Numbered from the stretch's first letter, positions 1-7,603 are shown. The stretch: 49,259 bases of DNA from a virus (IMGVR_UViG_3300009095_000020:1-49259); one strand, 5' to 3'. A program made the numbers and translations. The notes: generated by a model from the sequence alone, not told the origin.

Positions 1-51
1 CTGCCAGGCGTTCAACCGGGCCAGCTCGGCGGCCAACTGCTCCCGGGTCAC
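1..51 (-). CDS. 5' part of a small protein (MTREQLAAELARLNAWQ...) running off the left edge; probably continues at 49259
   Basis: GTG at 51-49 overlaps the TGA (50-48) of the upstream gene; frame open to base 1. Confidence 0.6.
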   Translation of the reverse strand, partial: MTREQLAAELARLNAWQ

Positions 52-188
52 CGCTTGCACTTCTTGCAGCCGGGGTGCGTGCACTTGCCGCCGTCGGCGA
101 GCGGCCTCGTGGCGACGGGCCGGCCGGCGTTGCCTCGCAGGGTCTTGTCGAGCTGCTTGAGCGTGTCCTCGATCTGCTTCGTGGTCAC
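48..188 (-). CDS. Small hypothetical protein with C-terminal Cys/His cluster (MTTKQIEDTLKQLD...CTHPGCKKCKR)
   Basis: GTGA overlap with the 185-490 gene; high-GC codon usage. Confidence 0.65.
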   Translation of the reverse strand: MTTKQIEDTLKQLDKTLRGNAGRPVATRPLADGGKCTHPGCKKCKR

Positions 189-490
189 GACGCGACCGCC
201 CACGACAGCCCGGCCGCCTCCGCCACGGCGCCGCTGAACGCCGCCATCACGTGGTCCGGCACCCGCACCTCGTTGCCGTCCCGGTCGTGCACCACCAGCT
301 CGGCCGACTCGCCGTCCGTGACGGCCAGGTCGACGCACACCGTCCCGCCGTCGTCGAGCCGGATCGTGGCGATCTCGACCAGGTGGCGGCGGTCACCCGG
401 CAGCTCGCCGTGGTGGTCGGCCCGGCAGCCGCGCGGGCACGGCCTCTCAGCGGGTCGCTGGGCGGGGACGAGCGTCATAGACTTGCGCAT
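185..490 (-). CDS. Hypothetical protein with CPRGC...HH...H putative metal site
   Basis: AGGAG SD upstream of ATG 490; coupled to the next gene. Confidence 0.75.
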   Translation of the reverse strand: MRKSMTLVPAQRPAERPCPRGCRADHHGELPGDRRHLVEIATIRLDDGGTVCVDLAVTDGESAELVVHDRDGNEVRVPDHVMAAFSGAVAEAAGLSWAVAS

Positions 491-534
491 GGATCTCTTC
501 TCCTAGGCGTCGAACCGAGGTGTGTTGAGGTCTG

Positions 535-573
535 GCCGGCCGGGGTGTTCGCAGCACCCCGGCTGGCGCTTTT
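535..573. terminator. Stem-loop GCCGGCCGGGGTGTT-CGC-AGCACCCCGGCTGGC followed by TTTT on +
   Basis: ~15-bp inverted repeat with G-U pairs in an intergenic region. Confidence 0.55.
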
Positions 574-637
574 CTGGGCCGCGAGAGACGGTCCGCGAAC
601 CGCCCAGCAGCTGCTGGGCGGTAGGGCGCACCGACCC

Positions 638-805
638 TCAGGTCAGAACCTTGGAGAAGAAGACGGACAGCTGGTTGGCGCCGTTGATGATCCCGTCGAA
701 GACGCCGTTCACCGCCGTGGCGGCGTCGGCCGGACGGGACAGCAGGTAGAAGACGATGAACGCCACAGCCCCGTACATGAGCGCCTTCTTCGCGTAGTAC
801 TTCAC
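638..805 (-). CDS. 55-aa membrane protein (MKYYAKKALMYGAVAFIVFYLLSRPADAA...); not in ORF track
   Basis: Hand translation; AAGGAG SD; one TM plus amphipathic helix; GTGA overlap. Confidence 0.75.
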   Translation of the reverse strand: MKYYAKKALMYGAVAFIVFYLLSRPADAATAVNGVFDGIINGANQLSVFFSKVLT

Positions 806-942
806 GACTTGCTCCTTCTGTTGAGCGACTTGTCGATGTCCTTCACGGCCTGCCGGGTCACCCGGGCGGCCTCCTCCAACGCCTCCACGTGCAGGCCCTG
901 CGCCGCGAGCTTCTCGGCCTTGGCCAGCTCCGGGCGCGTCAC
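802..942 (-). CDS. 46-aa helical protein (MTRPELAKAEKLAAQG...); not in ORF track
   Basis: Hand translation; GTGA overlaps at both ends. Confidence 0.65.
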   Translation of the reverse strand: MTRPELAKAEKLAAQGLHVEALEEAARVTRQAVKDIDKSLNRRSKS

Positions 943-1073
943 GCCCCCGCCCCGATCACGTTGCCGTCGCACCAGAACGCGCAGTCCTCACAGATCGGCC
1001 CGTCCGGCTGGCCGTCCAGGCTCGCCTGCAGGCTGCTGTCGGTCTCGTCGTGGCAGATGATGCAGATGCCCAC
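939..1073 (-). CDS. 44-aa zinc-ribbon protein (MGICIICHD...ICEDC); not in ORF track
   Basis: Two CxxC pairs; GAAAGGGA SD; GTGA overlap. Confidence 0.7.
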   Translation of the reverse strand: MGICIICHDETDSSLQASLDGQPDGPICEDCAFWCDGNVIGAGA

Positions 1074-1090
1074 GTCAGGTCCCTTTCAGG

Positions 1091-1471
1091 TCAGGCCGCG
1101 CGCCGCGCGGGAACGGCGGACATGATGGCCACCGCCGCGCGGTGATAGCAGGCGTACCGGCCGCGCTGCCCAGCCGGGCACGTGCACGAGGCGCGGTGCA
1201 CGAGGTAGGTGGTGGTGCCGTCCGAGCTGACGGCGGTGAACAGCCCCGGCCGCGAGGTGGGGAGGATGCCGCCCTGCTCGATCAGCTCCCGCGCCTTGTC
1301 CACCTGGGCGGGCTTGAACCCGTCGAGCTCGGCGGTGGCGGCGATCTGCCAGCGGCCGCCGGTCTTGACAGCGTCGAGCCGGCCGTTCTGGGCCCAGCGG
1401 CGGATGGTTCGCGGGGAGACGCCGTAGGCGGTGGCCGCCTCACGGCTGCTGACCTGAATCGTGCTGGCCAT
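1091..1471 (-). CDS. Xis/MerR-like HTH fused to a SWIM zinc finger
   Basis: EAATAYGVSPRTIRRWAQNGRL HTH; CTCP...ACYH SWIM motif. Confidence 0.8.
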   Translation of the reverse strand: MASTIQVSSREAATAYGVSPRTIRRWAQNGRLDAVKTGGRWQIAATAELDGFKPAQVDKARELIEQGGILPTSRPGLFTAVSSDGTTTYLVHRASCTCPAGQRGRYACYHRAAVAIMSAVPARRAA

Positions 1472-1484
1472 CAACATCCCCTTA

Positions 1485-1578
1485 CCGGAACCGTGTTCCG
1501 GCTCTTGACTCCGGAACTCTGTTGCGTCTCCGACGTTAGCCCACCACCAACAGTTCCGCAACACAGTTCCGGTACAAT
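1485..1578. promoter_or_regulatory. Divergent control region: three CCGGAAC-N3-GTTCCGG-type operators (1485-1501, 1511-1527, 1556-1572) and TACAAT -10 (1573-1578)
   Basis: One perfect and two near-perfect palindromes; -10 lies 7 nt before ATG 1586. Confidence 0.7.
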
Positions 1579-1585
1579 TTTTTGT

Positions 1586-1888
1586 ATGACCGACGAGACG
1601 CCCCCACAGACACCACTCGCCCGCCTCGACCAGGCCACCGCCCGCTACCGGCAAACCGAAGACGCCCACGAACAGGCACGGCAAGAAGTCATCACCGCCG
1701 CCCTCGACGCGCTGAAGGCCCGCGAGCGGCCCACCGACGTCGCCGAGCACAGCCCGTTCACCGACGCCTACATTCGCAAGTTGGCCAGAGAGAACGGCAT
1801 CAAGGCGCAACCACGCAGCAAGGGGCCACGGCCGCGCGCACAGCGCGCCCCCGTCCAGACCCCTCCGCCCGACATAGCGGAGGGGTAG
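1586..1888 (+). CDS. Small HTH-like regulator, probably leaderless
   Basis: Coiled-coil N-terminus then RPTDVAEHSPFTDAYIRKLAR HTH-like segment; divergent from the HTH-SWIM operon. Confidence 0.7.
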   Translation: MTDETPPQTPLARLDQATARYRQTEDAHEQARQEVITAALDALKARERPTDVAEHSPFTDAYIRKLARENGIKAQPRSKGPRPRAQRAPVQTPPPDIAEG

Positions 1889-2082
1889 ACGGCGCACCGT
1901 AGCGTGCGGGTTCGTGCCCATACTTCAAGGCAACCGCCCCCGCGCCGCGAACGCATGGGCAGCAGCACGCCGAACCCGCACCCCCGCCAGACCTGACCGG
2001 AACAGTCATAGTGCAACACCGAACACCGCCAGTAGCATCAGGGCGCACCCACAGCCCTGGACCACCCACACAAGGGACACCC

Positions 2083-2733
2083 ATGGACATCGTGGACCGC
2101 TGGACCGGACGGCACGCAGCCGCCCTCCAAGCCGCCCTACGCATGACGCACGACGAACTCGCCGAACGCCTCGGCATCGGCCGCCGCACCATCGCCTACT
2201 GGCACGCCCACCCCACCGCCACCCCGCGGCCCGAGATGCAGCGCGCCCTCGACACCCTCCTCGACCACGCCACCCCGAGCGAACGCGCACGCTTCGCCCA
2301 CCAACTCGACGACCAGCCGCGCCCCACCGGCGAACCCGTCGCCCTCACCGTCGCCCTCGCCGTCGTCGTACGCGGCGACGACGTCCTCCTCGTGCAGAGG
2401 CGCGACGACACGGCGGGCCTGCGGTGGGGATTCGTGGCGGGCATGGTCAAGCCGGGACAGCAGGGTGCCAGCGTCGCCGTCCGCGAAACGCTCGCCGAGA
2501 CCGGCGTTCACTGCACCGTGCAAGAGCAACTCGGCTCCCGCCTCCACCCCGTCACCGGGGTCCGCTGCGAGTACTACCTGTGCTCCTACCTCGCCGGCGA
2601 AGTCGAGAACCTCGACTCGGACGAGAACGTCAGCGTGATCTGGGCCCCGCGCTCCGACCTAACCAAGTTCGTGGCCGCTAACCTGATCTACCCGCCGGTC
2701 CTGCACGCCCTGGAGAAAGAGCACACCCCGTGA
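2083..2733 (+). CDS. XRE-family HTH fused to a NUDIX domain with degenerate Nudix box
   Basis: MTHDELAERLGIGRRTIAYW HTH; GMVKPGQQGASVAVRETLAETG; AAGGGA SD. Confidence 0.85.
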   Translation: MDIVDRWTGRHAAALQAALRMTHDELAERLGIGRRTIAYWHAHPTATPRPEMQRALDTLLDHATPSERARFAHQLDDQPRPTGEPVALTVALAVVVRGDDVLLVQRRDDTAGLRWGFVAGMVKPGQQGASVAVRETLAETGVHCTVQEQLGSRLHPVTGVRCEYYLCSYLAGEVENLDSDENVSVIWAPRSDLTKFVAANLIYPPVLHALEKEHTP

Positions 2734-3143
2734 ACGACGTGAACGACAGCGACACGGAGGCCGCCATCGCCGCGGCCATCATCGTCGACCAGAAGCGCGT
2801 CCTCCTCGTCTGCCGCAGGCAGGCCGAGGGCAAGCTTCTGTGGACGTTCCCCAGCGGCAAGGTTGAGCAGGGTGAGAGCGGCGAGGATGCTGCGGTGCGC
2901 GAGACACGCGAAGAGGTCGGCCTGATCGTGCACGCCATCAAAACCTTGGGCGAGCGGATCCACCCGTCCACCGGCCGCCGCATGATCTACGTGGTGTGCG
3001 AGCCGATCGCGGGGCGCGCGTTCGTGGCCGACACGGACGAGCTCGCCGACCTCGAATGGTGCTCGCGCGAGCGGGTCGCCGAGCTGGTGCCGTTCCCGTT
3101 CTTCCCGCCCGTCGCCGAATTCCTGGACTCCCATCTGAAGTAG
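2730..3143 (+). CDS. NUDIX hydrolase resembling pSAM2/AICE Nud(Pif)-type proteins
   Basis: Canonical GKVEQGESGEDAAVRETREEVGL; GTGA overlap. Confidence 0.9.
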   Translation: MNDVNDSDTEAAIAAAIIVDQKRVLLVCRRQAEGKLLWTFPSGKVEQGESGEDAAVRETREEVGLIVHAIKTLGERIHPSTGRRMIYVVCEPIAGRAFVADTDELADLEWCSRERVAELVPFPFFPPVAEFLDSHLK

Positions 3144-3152
3144 GAGCCGCTC

Positions 3153-3356
3153 GTGGAAGCGTTACTGCTGGTCGCCCTCATCGCCGCCGTCTACCTCGGG
3201 TCGTGCGCCGTCCACCCGTACCGGCCGTGCGCGGCGTGCGGCCGGTCGAAGGAGTCGCACAGCGCGATGTTCAAGGGCGCGTTCGGCCCGTGCCGGTCGT
3301 GCGCCGGCCGCGGGCACCACGTGCGGTGGGGTGCCCGCCTCATCGGCAAGAACTGA
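3153..3356 (+). CDS. Small membrane-anchored DnaJ-like zinc-finger protein
   Basis: N-terminal TM; CAACG and CRSCAGRG; AGGAG SD; TTA at codon 4. Confidence 0.75.
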   Translation: MEALLLVALIAAVYLGSCAVHPYRPCAACGRSKESHSAMFKGAFGPCRSCAGRGHHVRWGARLIGKN

Positions 3357-3363
3357 CCCCAGG

Positions 3364-3717
3364 TCAGCTCAGCGGCTGACCCGCGGGCTTCGACCGCCCG
3401 CGAAGCATCGCAGCGAGAGCGCCGATCACGAGCACCGCGCCGAGGATCACCCGCGCCCAGGCCCAGACCAGCACGGACTGCATGGGGGCGGTGGCCAGGC
3501 CGGCGAAGGGGTTGCCGCTCAACTCCTCCATCTTCGCCAGGAGTTCGCCGGTGCGGAGGACGAACAGGACCGCGGGGTCGCCGGTGATGGTCGTGCCGAA
3601 CACGGTCAGGGTGACGGGCCACAGCATCAGCAGCGCGCCGACGACGAGCGCGGCCCAGGAGGCGAGGCGCTTGAGCAGGGTCCGGTCGATGGTGACGCTG
3701 TCGGGCTTGTCGTTCAT
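3364..3717 (-). CDS. Two-TM membrane protein next to attP
   Basis: Two hydrophobic segments; start reassigned to ATG 3717 (GAAGG SD). Confidence 0.7.
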   Translation of the reverse strand: MNDKPDSVTIDRTLLKRLASWAALVVGALLMLWPVTLTVFGTTITGDPAVLFVLRTGELLAKMEELSGNPFAGLATAPMQSVLVWAWARVILGAVLVIGALAAMLRGRSKPAGQPLS

Positions 3718-3859
3718 CAGGTCCGCCTTCGGGGCTGGGCTGGGTGTGCTTCCGGAGTTTGGATGCGCGCGATTGCAGCCGGGTTGACAGCCACCATCCC
3801 AGAGAACGAATCGGGACGGGCTGACGTTCTTCCGGTGCGCCTCGCGAAGCGAAGCCGTC

Positions 3860-4159
3860 CGGGAACCCTGCGGGAACCGGCAGTCCCGATCCGGCCCGGC
3901 TGGAGAGAACAAACCCGACACGCAGTCGTCCCAGGGCATCGCGCCCACCAGCGGAAACCATGATCCGGCGACACGTCCCGAACAAACCCGGCACGATAAC
4001 CCACGGACTCATAATCCGTGGGTCGTGGGTTCAAGTCCCACCCGCCCTACCACGCCGACCAGCAGCGGAACACCACACTAGGAATCCGTGGGTCGGACAA
4101 CATGCAGGTCGGGAACCGAACGGGAACCGGCCGTCCCGCTCTGCCCCCCGCCGGGAACC
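3860..4159. other. attP: attP: core 3999-4023 plus arm-type CGGGAACC repeats at 3860, 3871, 4110, 4121, 4152 and a GAACAAACCCGRCACG repeat at 3907 and 3980
   Basis: ACCCACGGA/TCCGTGGGT inverted repeat around the 7-nt anticodon loop; CGGGAACC-N3-CGGGAACCGGCNGTCCCG on both sides of the core, 250 bp apart; adjacent to integrase 3' end. Confidence 0.8.
4002..4052 (+). pseudogene. 3' half of tRNA with CAT anticodon (likely Ile2, possibly elongator Met); att common segment, not a functional tRNA
   Basis: Anticodon arm ACGGA-CTCATAA-TCCGT, T arm GTGGG-TTCAAGT-CCCAC, CCGCCCT-A-CCA; no D arm or 5' acceptor strand upstream. Confidence 0.85.
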
Positions 4160-5688
4160 ACCGCACGCGGAACCAGAGCCACGCTCGCCTCCGCCGCCTC
4201 CCGCGCCAACTCCGGCAAAACCGCCGTATAGATGTCAGACGTGATAGACAGCGACGAATGCCGCAACATCGCCGACACGTACTTCATGTCCGTCCCCGCC
4301 GCGAGCGACAGCGTCGCCGCGCCGTGCCGCAGATCATGGAAACGGATCGGCGGAAGCCCGGCCGCGAACGTCAGCCGCTCGAAATGCTCGCTCACCCAGT
4401 CCGGGGTCAGCTCCGACCCGTCCTCCCGCGTGAAGATCCGGCCCGAGTCGATCCACCCGGCACCCCACGCCAGCCGCTCCTCACGCTGACGCTGACGCTG
4501 CGCCCGCAGAACAGCCACCGTCCCCGCGTCGAGCGCCACCGTCGCCTTGCTGGCCCGCGTCTTCGGCTGGCCTTCCTTCACCTCGCGGCCGACGTTCGAC
4601 AGCTGCTTCGCGGTGGCCAGCGTCCCCTCCTCCAAATCCCCGTCCACCCACCGCGCACCGCACGCCTCGCCCCGCCGCAGCCCCCGGAACGCCACCAAGT
4701 GGTAGAGCGCGTACAGCCTGTCCGTCAGCGCGTGGTCGAGGAACGCGCCGAGCTGCGCCGGCGTCCACACCATCACCGGCGACGGCCGCGGCGTCGCCAA
4801 CCACACCTTGAACCTCTCCAACGGCTTCTTCGGCTTCACCGGGGCCGCCCGTTCGGCGGCGAACCGCTTCTCGTACGCCCTCTGGAAGGCCTCGACGCGG
4901 GCCCGCGTCCAGACGAGGCCTTCCGGCTTCTCGCCCGGGTCCAGCTTGACGAGCGCCGCTGCGTTGAACGACACGAGGCGCTCCCGCTCGGCGTCCGCCA
5001 GCACAGTGCGAATGGTCGCCTTGATCCGCTGCTTCGTCACCGGACCCGTCGGCCGCTTCCCCCGCACGCTCGCCCGCACCGCCGGATCGTCCGACGCGCG
5101 CGCGGCGAGCAGCTCGGCGTTCTTCTCGTCGATCCGCGCGAACACGGCCTCGACGGTGGGCACCATCAGCCGGTCGAGCCTCACCCCGTCGAGCACTTCG
5201 CCGAAGTGGGTGTCGTGGGGGCTGATGTACGAGAGCAGCGTCGACTCGCGGATGTCCTGCAGACGCTTCCGCCGCTCCACCCACTGCCGCCAGTACTCCC
5301 CGAACGTCATCGACTGGAGCGGCTGCCCGGCCCGGTACTTGCGGTGCAGCTCCTCGAAGTCCGGCCACGCCGCGCTGCCACGGTGCGCCGCTTTCACCAT
5401 CGCCACGATCTCCATCCGCGCCTCATGGCCTTCCGGACCGGGGTCGGGGATGTCGAGCAGCCGGCCGATCTGCTGGAACCGCTCGACCACGTCCGCCTCG
5501 GACGCAAACCCGCCGAGCTTCAGATTCGACCGCTTCCCGTCCGGCCCCGACGGCAACTCCTCCTTGCCGTACCAGACGCCGTGCCTCGGGTTCCAGGCGC
5601 CGTCCTTACGGCGCAGCTTTGGGCATCTGTTGCCCAGGTCCCGGCCGTTCTCGGCGCACCGGCAGCGCTTGTACGGGTTACCGTCCAC
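4078..5688 (-). CDS. int: Tyrosine integrase
   Basis: GLRRGEAC (R), HDLRH (HxxR), LRHSS...DIY (H, Y); N-terminal CRC...C motif; GGAGGGG SD before GTG 5688. Confidence 0.95.
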   Translation of the reverse strand: MDGNPYKRCRCAENGRDLGNRCPKLRRKDGAWNPRHGVWYGKEELPSGPDGKRSNLKLGGFASEADVVERFQQIGRLLDIPDPGPEGHEARMEIVAMVKAAHRGSAAWPDFEELHRKYRAGQPLQSMTFGEYWRQWVERRKRLQDIRESTLLSYISPHDTHFGEVLDGVRLDRLMVPTVEAVFARIDEKNAELLAARASDDPAVRASVRGKRPTGPVTKQRIKATIRTVLADAERERLVSFNAAALVKLDPGEKPEGLVWTRARVEAFQRAYEKRFAAERAAPVKPKKPLERFKVWLATPRPSPVMVWTPAQLGAFLDHALTDRLYALYHLVAFRGLRRGEACGARWVDGDLEEGTLATAKQLSNVGREVKEGQPKTRASKATVALDAGTVAVLRAQRQRQREERLAWGAGWIDSGRIFTREDGSELTPDWVSEHFERLTFAAGLPPIRFHDLRHGAATLSLAAGTDMKYVSAMLRHSSLSITSDIYTAVLPELAREAAEASVALVPRAVVPGGGQSGTAGSRSVPDLHVVRPTDS

Positions 5689-5721
5689 AGGCCATTCCCC
5701 TCCACCCACGGCTGGAGAAAC

Positions 5722-5750
5722 AAAAAAGGGGCAGTGGCGGCTACCCCTTT
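5722..5750 (-). terminator. Intrinsic terminator upstream of int
   Basis: Minus strand AAAGGGGTAG-CCGCCA-CTGCCCCTTTTTT. Confidence 0.7.
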
Positions 5751-5772
5751 CTAAGATCGAACCGAATATGGT

Positions 5773-6165
5773 TCAGAGTCGCCGCCGCATAGGCGTGCCC
5801 CTCCCATCCATTATCCCTCCGACCATCGGATTAAGGCTCTGATCCGGAGCGTTCCACCGCGCGAGCTCCGCCTCCATCCGCCCTAGCCCTTTACCGAACT
5901 CGACGCCGAGATCGTAAGCGGTCTTCGCGGGAACCGGAATCTCCGGCCGCCGCGCCCGATCGATCAGCCACACCACGCTCAACAGCATGGCCACCATCGC
6001 GAACAGGGCGAACAGCCGATGAACGAGGAACGGATGCTCGTGGGCGATCTCATGGAATGGGGCCAGCGCCGTCACCCCGGCAGCACCACCCCACCCCATC
6101 CATGCCCCGGACACGACAACTGCCCGTTTGATCCTGGTCACTGTCCCCTCCGACCACGTCGACAC
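5773..6165 (-). CDS. Membrane protein in the immunity cassette (alternative start 6141)
   Basis: Two hydrophobic segments; lies between repressor and int. Confidence 0.6.
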   Translation of the reverse strand: MSTWSEGTVTRIKRAVVVSGAWMGWGGAAGVTALAPFHEIAHEHPFLVHRLFALFAMVAMLLSVVWLIDRARRPEIPVPAKTAYDLGVEFGKGLGRMEAELARWNAPDQSLNPMVGGIMDGRGTPMRRRL

Positions 6166-6271
6166 CGTTGTCCCCCACGTAGCCGCTCCACAGTAAGCCC
6201 GAAAACAGGGACTCGCCAGACACAATTTCGCAGAGTAAGCGTGACATGACCGGAGGGTTACCCGAAGTCTG

Positions 6272-6805
6272 CTACCTGCCTTTTTCCCCCAGGATTTGCA
6301 GGGTAGTTCTGATTTGAACAATCTGCCCGCCCACAGACTGCACAACAGCCTCCATAAGGGACCTCTCCAGAGAGGATTTTTGACTCTCCGTCAAGCCCTC
6401 CGCCGCCCGGATGTCGTCGATCCCCTTCAGGATCATCCGCAGCACCTGCTCAGGCGTCGACTCCACATCGAGCGGGGACGCCGCAACCACAGGCTCGGCG
6501 GCAGCGCGCCGACGCAGATGCGACTCCATCAGCTTGGCCGCCTTCGCCGCGTTCTCCCGGCCGCGGTGACGGCCGATCTCCGCGAGCTCCTCGGCGGTGA
6601 CACCCACCACCTGGGCCATGATGGCGAGCTTGTCCTCCGGCGCGTCATAGCGTCCGTTCTCGATGCTCCTCCACCCCTCCGGCGACATCTTCACGCCGGC
6701 CTCGGTTGCTGCCGCAGCGGCGGCGGGTGCGCCCATCTTCGGGATGCGGTTCAGGCGGCGCTCCTTGATGAGGGCAGCCTCCGGCGGGACCGGTTGGGTA
6801 GCCAC
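6272..6805 (-). CDS. XRE-family HTH protein, probable immunity repressor
   Basis: LIKERR...MSPEGWRSIENG...LAIMAQVVGVTAEEL; divergent from the early operon; GGGAAGG SD. Confidence 0.75.
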   Translation of the reverse strand: MATQPVPPEAALIKERRLNRIPKMGAPAAAAAATEAGVKMSPEGWRSIENGRYDAPEDKLAIMAQVVGVTAEELAEIGRHRGRENAAKAAKLMESHLRRRAAAEPVVAASPLDVESTPEQVLRMILKGIDDIRAAEGLTESQKSSLERSLMEAVVQSVGGQIVQIRTTLQILGEKGR

Positions 6806-6839
6806 GACTCTACCTTCCCCAATGTCTGAGATGCACTTT

Positions 6840-7003
6840 TCTGCACACCTACGCACACACCCTATCCCACCCATGCACACCTAACAACGAGTCACGCCCA
6901 CACGTAACCCCCTGGTATCGAGCCCGTCACCCACCGCTCAAGTAAAAAGTGTGCACGGGTGTGCGTATCTGTCTTGCGCTGTGCACAGGTGTGCGTACAT
7001 GAT
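6840..7003. promoter_or_regulatory. Lysis/lysogeny switch: 19-bp operators (6949-6967, 6979-6997, reverse 6840-6858) and promoter TTGCGC-N18-CATGAT (6974-7003)
   Basis: Repeat STGTGCnnRGGTGTGCGTA; one copy fills the -35/-10 spacer; ATG 7010 is 6 nt after the -10. Confidence 0.7.
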
Positions 7004-7009
7004 TGCGGC

Positions 7010-7267
7010 ATGGCAACCACCACCGCCTCACCCACACACTGCGTGTGCGGAGGCTGCATCTGCGGAGGAGACCCAGAAGACCCCGCGCTGTTCTACGACC
7101 TGTCCGAGGTCATGAACATGCTCGGCGTCAGCCGCAGCAGCGCCTACAAGCTCATCCGCACCGGCCGGCTCAAGTCCAAGCTCATCCTCGGCCAGCGCAA
7201 GGTCTACCGCCGCTCCTTCCGCCGCTACCTGGCCGAACACGACGACCTCACCCCCTCCGAGAGCTGA
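7010..7267 (+). CDS. Xis/Cro-like HTH protein with N-terminal Cys cluster
   Basis: YDLSEVMNMLGVSRSSAYKLIRTGRL. Confidence 0.8.
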   Translation: MATTTASPTHCVCGGCICGGDPEDPALFYDLSEVMNMLGVSRSSAYKLIRTGRLKSKLILGQRKVYRRSFRRYLAEHDDLTPSES

Positions 7268-7283
7268 CAGAGGGACAGCATCC

Positions 7284-7523
7284 ATGGCCGACACCAAGCC
7301 CCGCATGACCGAGGACGAACTCCGCGCCCTCCCCGTCAGCGTCCCCCTCGTCGAAGCAGGCCGCGCCCTCTGCATGGGCCGCACCAAAGCCCACGAACTC
7401 GCCCGCCAAGGCCAGTTCCCGTGCACGGTGCTCCGGCTCGGAGGCGCCTACGTCGTCCCCAAACCCGCGCTGCTCCAGGTGCTCGGCTACCCCACCCCAG
7501 AACCCGACCCCGCCACGCCGTAA
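7284..7523 (+). CDS. Second Xis-like HTH protein
   Basis: LVEAGRALCMGRTKAHELARQGQFP; GAGGGA SD. Confidence 0.8.
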   Translation: MADTKPRMTEDELRALPVSVPLVEAGRALCMGRTKAHELARQGQFPCTVLRLGGAYVVPKPALLQVLGYPTPEPDPATP

Positions 7524-7535
7524 GGCGACAGGCGC

Positions 7536-7567
7536 GGGGCCCGCCCCGCTGCAACGGAACGGGCCCC
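7536..7567 (+). other. Intergenic stem-loop with GCTGCAAC apical loop region
   Basis: GGGGCCCG/CGGGCCCC stem upstream of the GAAAGGA SD of the 7604 gene. Confidence 0.45.
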
Positions 7568-7603
7568 CGACCCGCAATCACCACTCTCGAAAGGACGCGG
7601 ATC

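Noticed and set aside
1-3860. Separate AICE integrated in tandem, making 4002-4052 an attR/attL junction
   Set aside because: Identical arm repeats lie on both sides of the core and the left operon appears to continue at the right end; no traB, rep or second integrase. Not fully excluded without flanking sequence
4002-4052. Functional tRNA gene
   Set aside because: D arm and 5' acceptor strand are absent; it is the att homology segment
4078-6805. Integration-dependent immunity (attP inside the repressor gene, ssrA-like tags)
   Set aside because: The core lies downstream of int, not in the repressor; C-termini (PTDS, EKGR) are not ssrA-like
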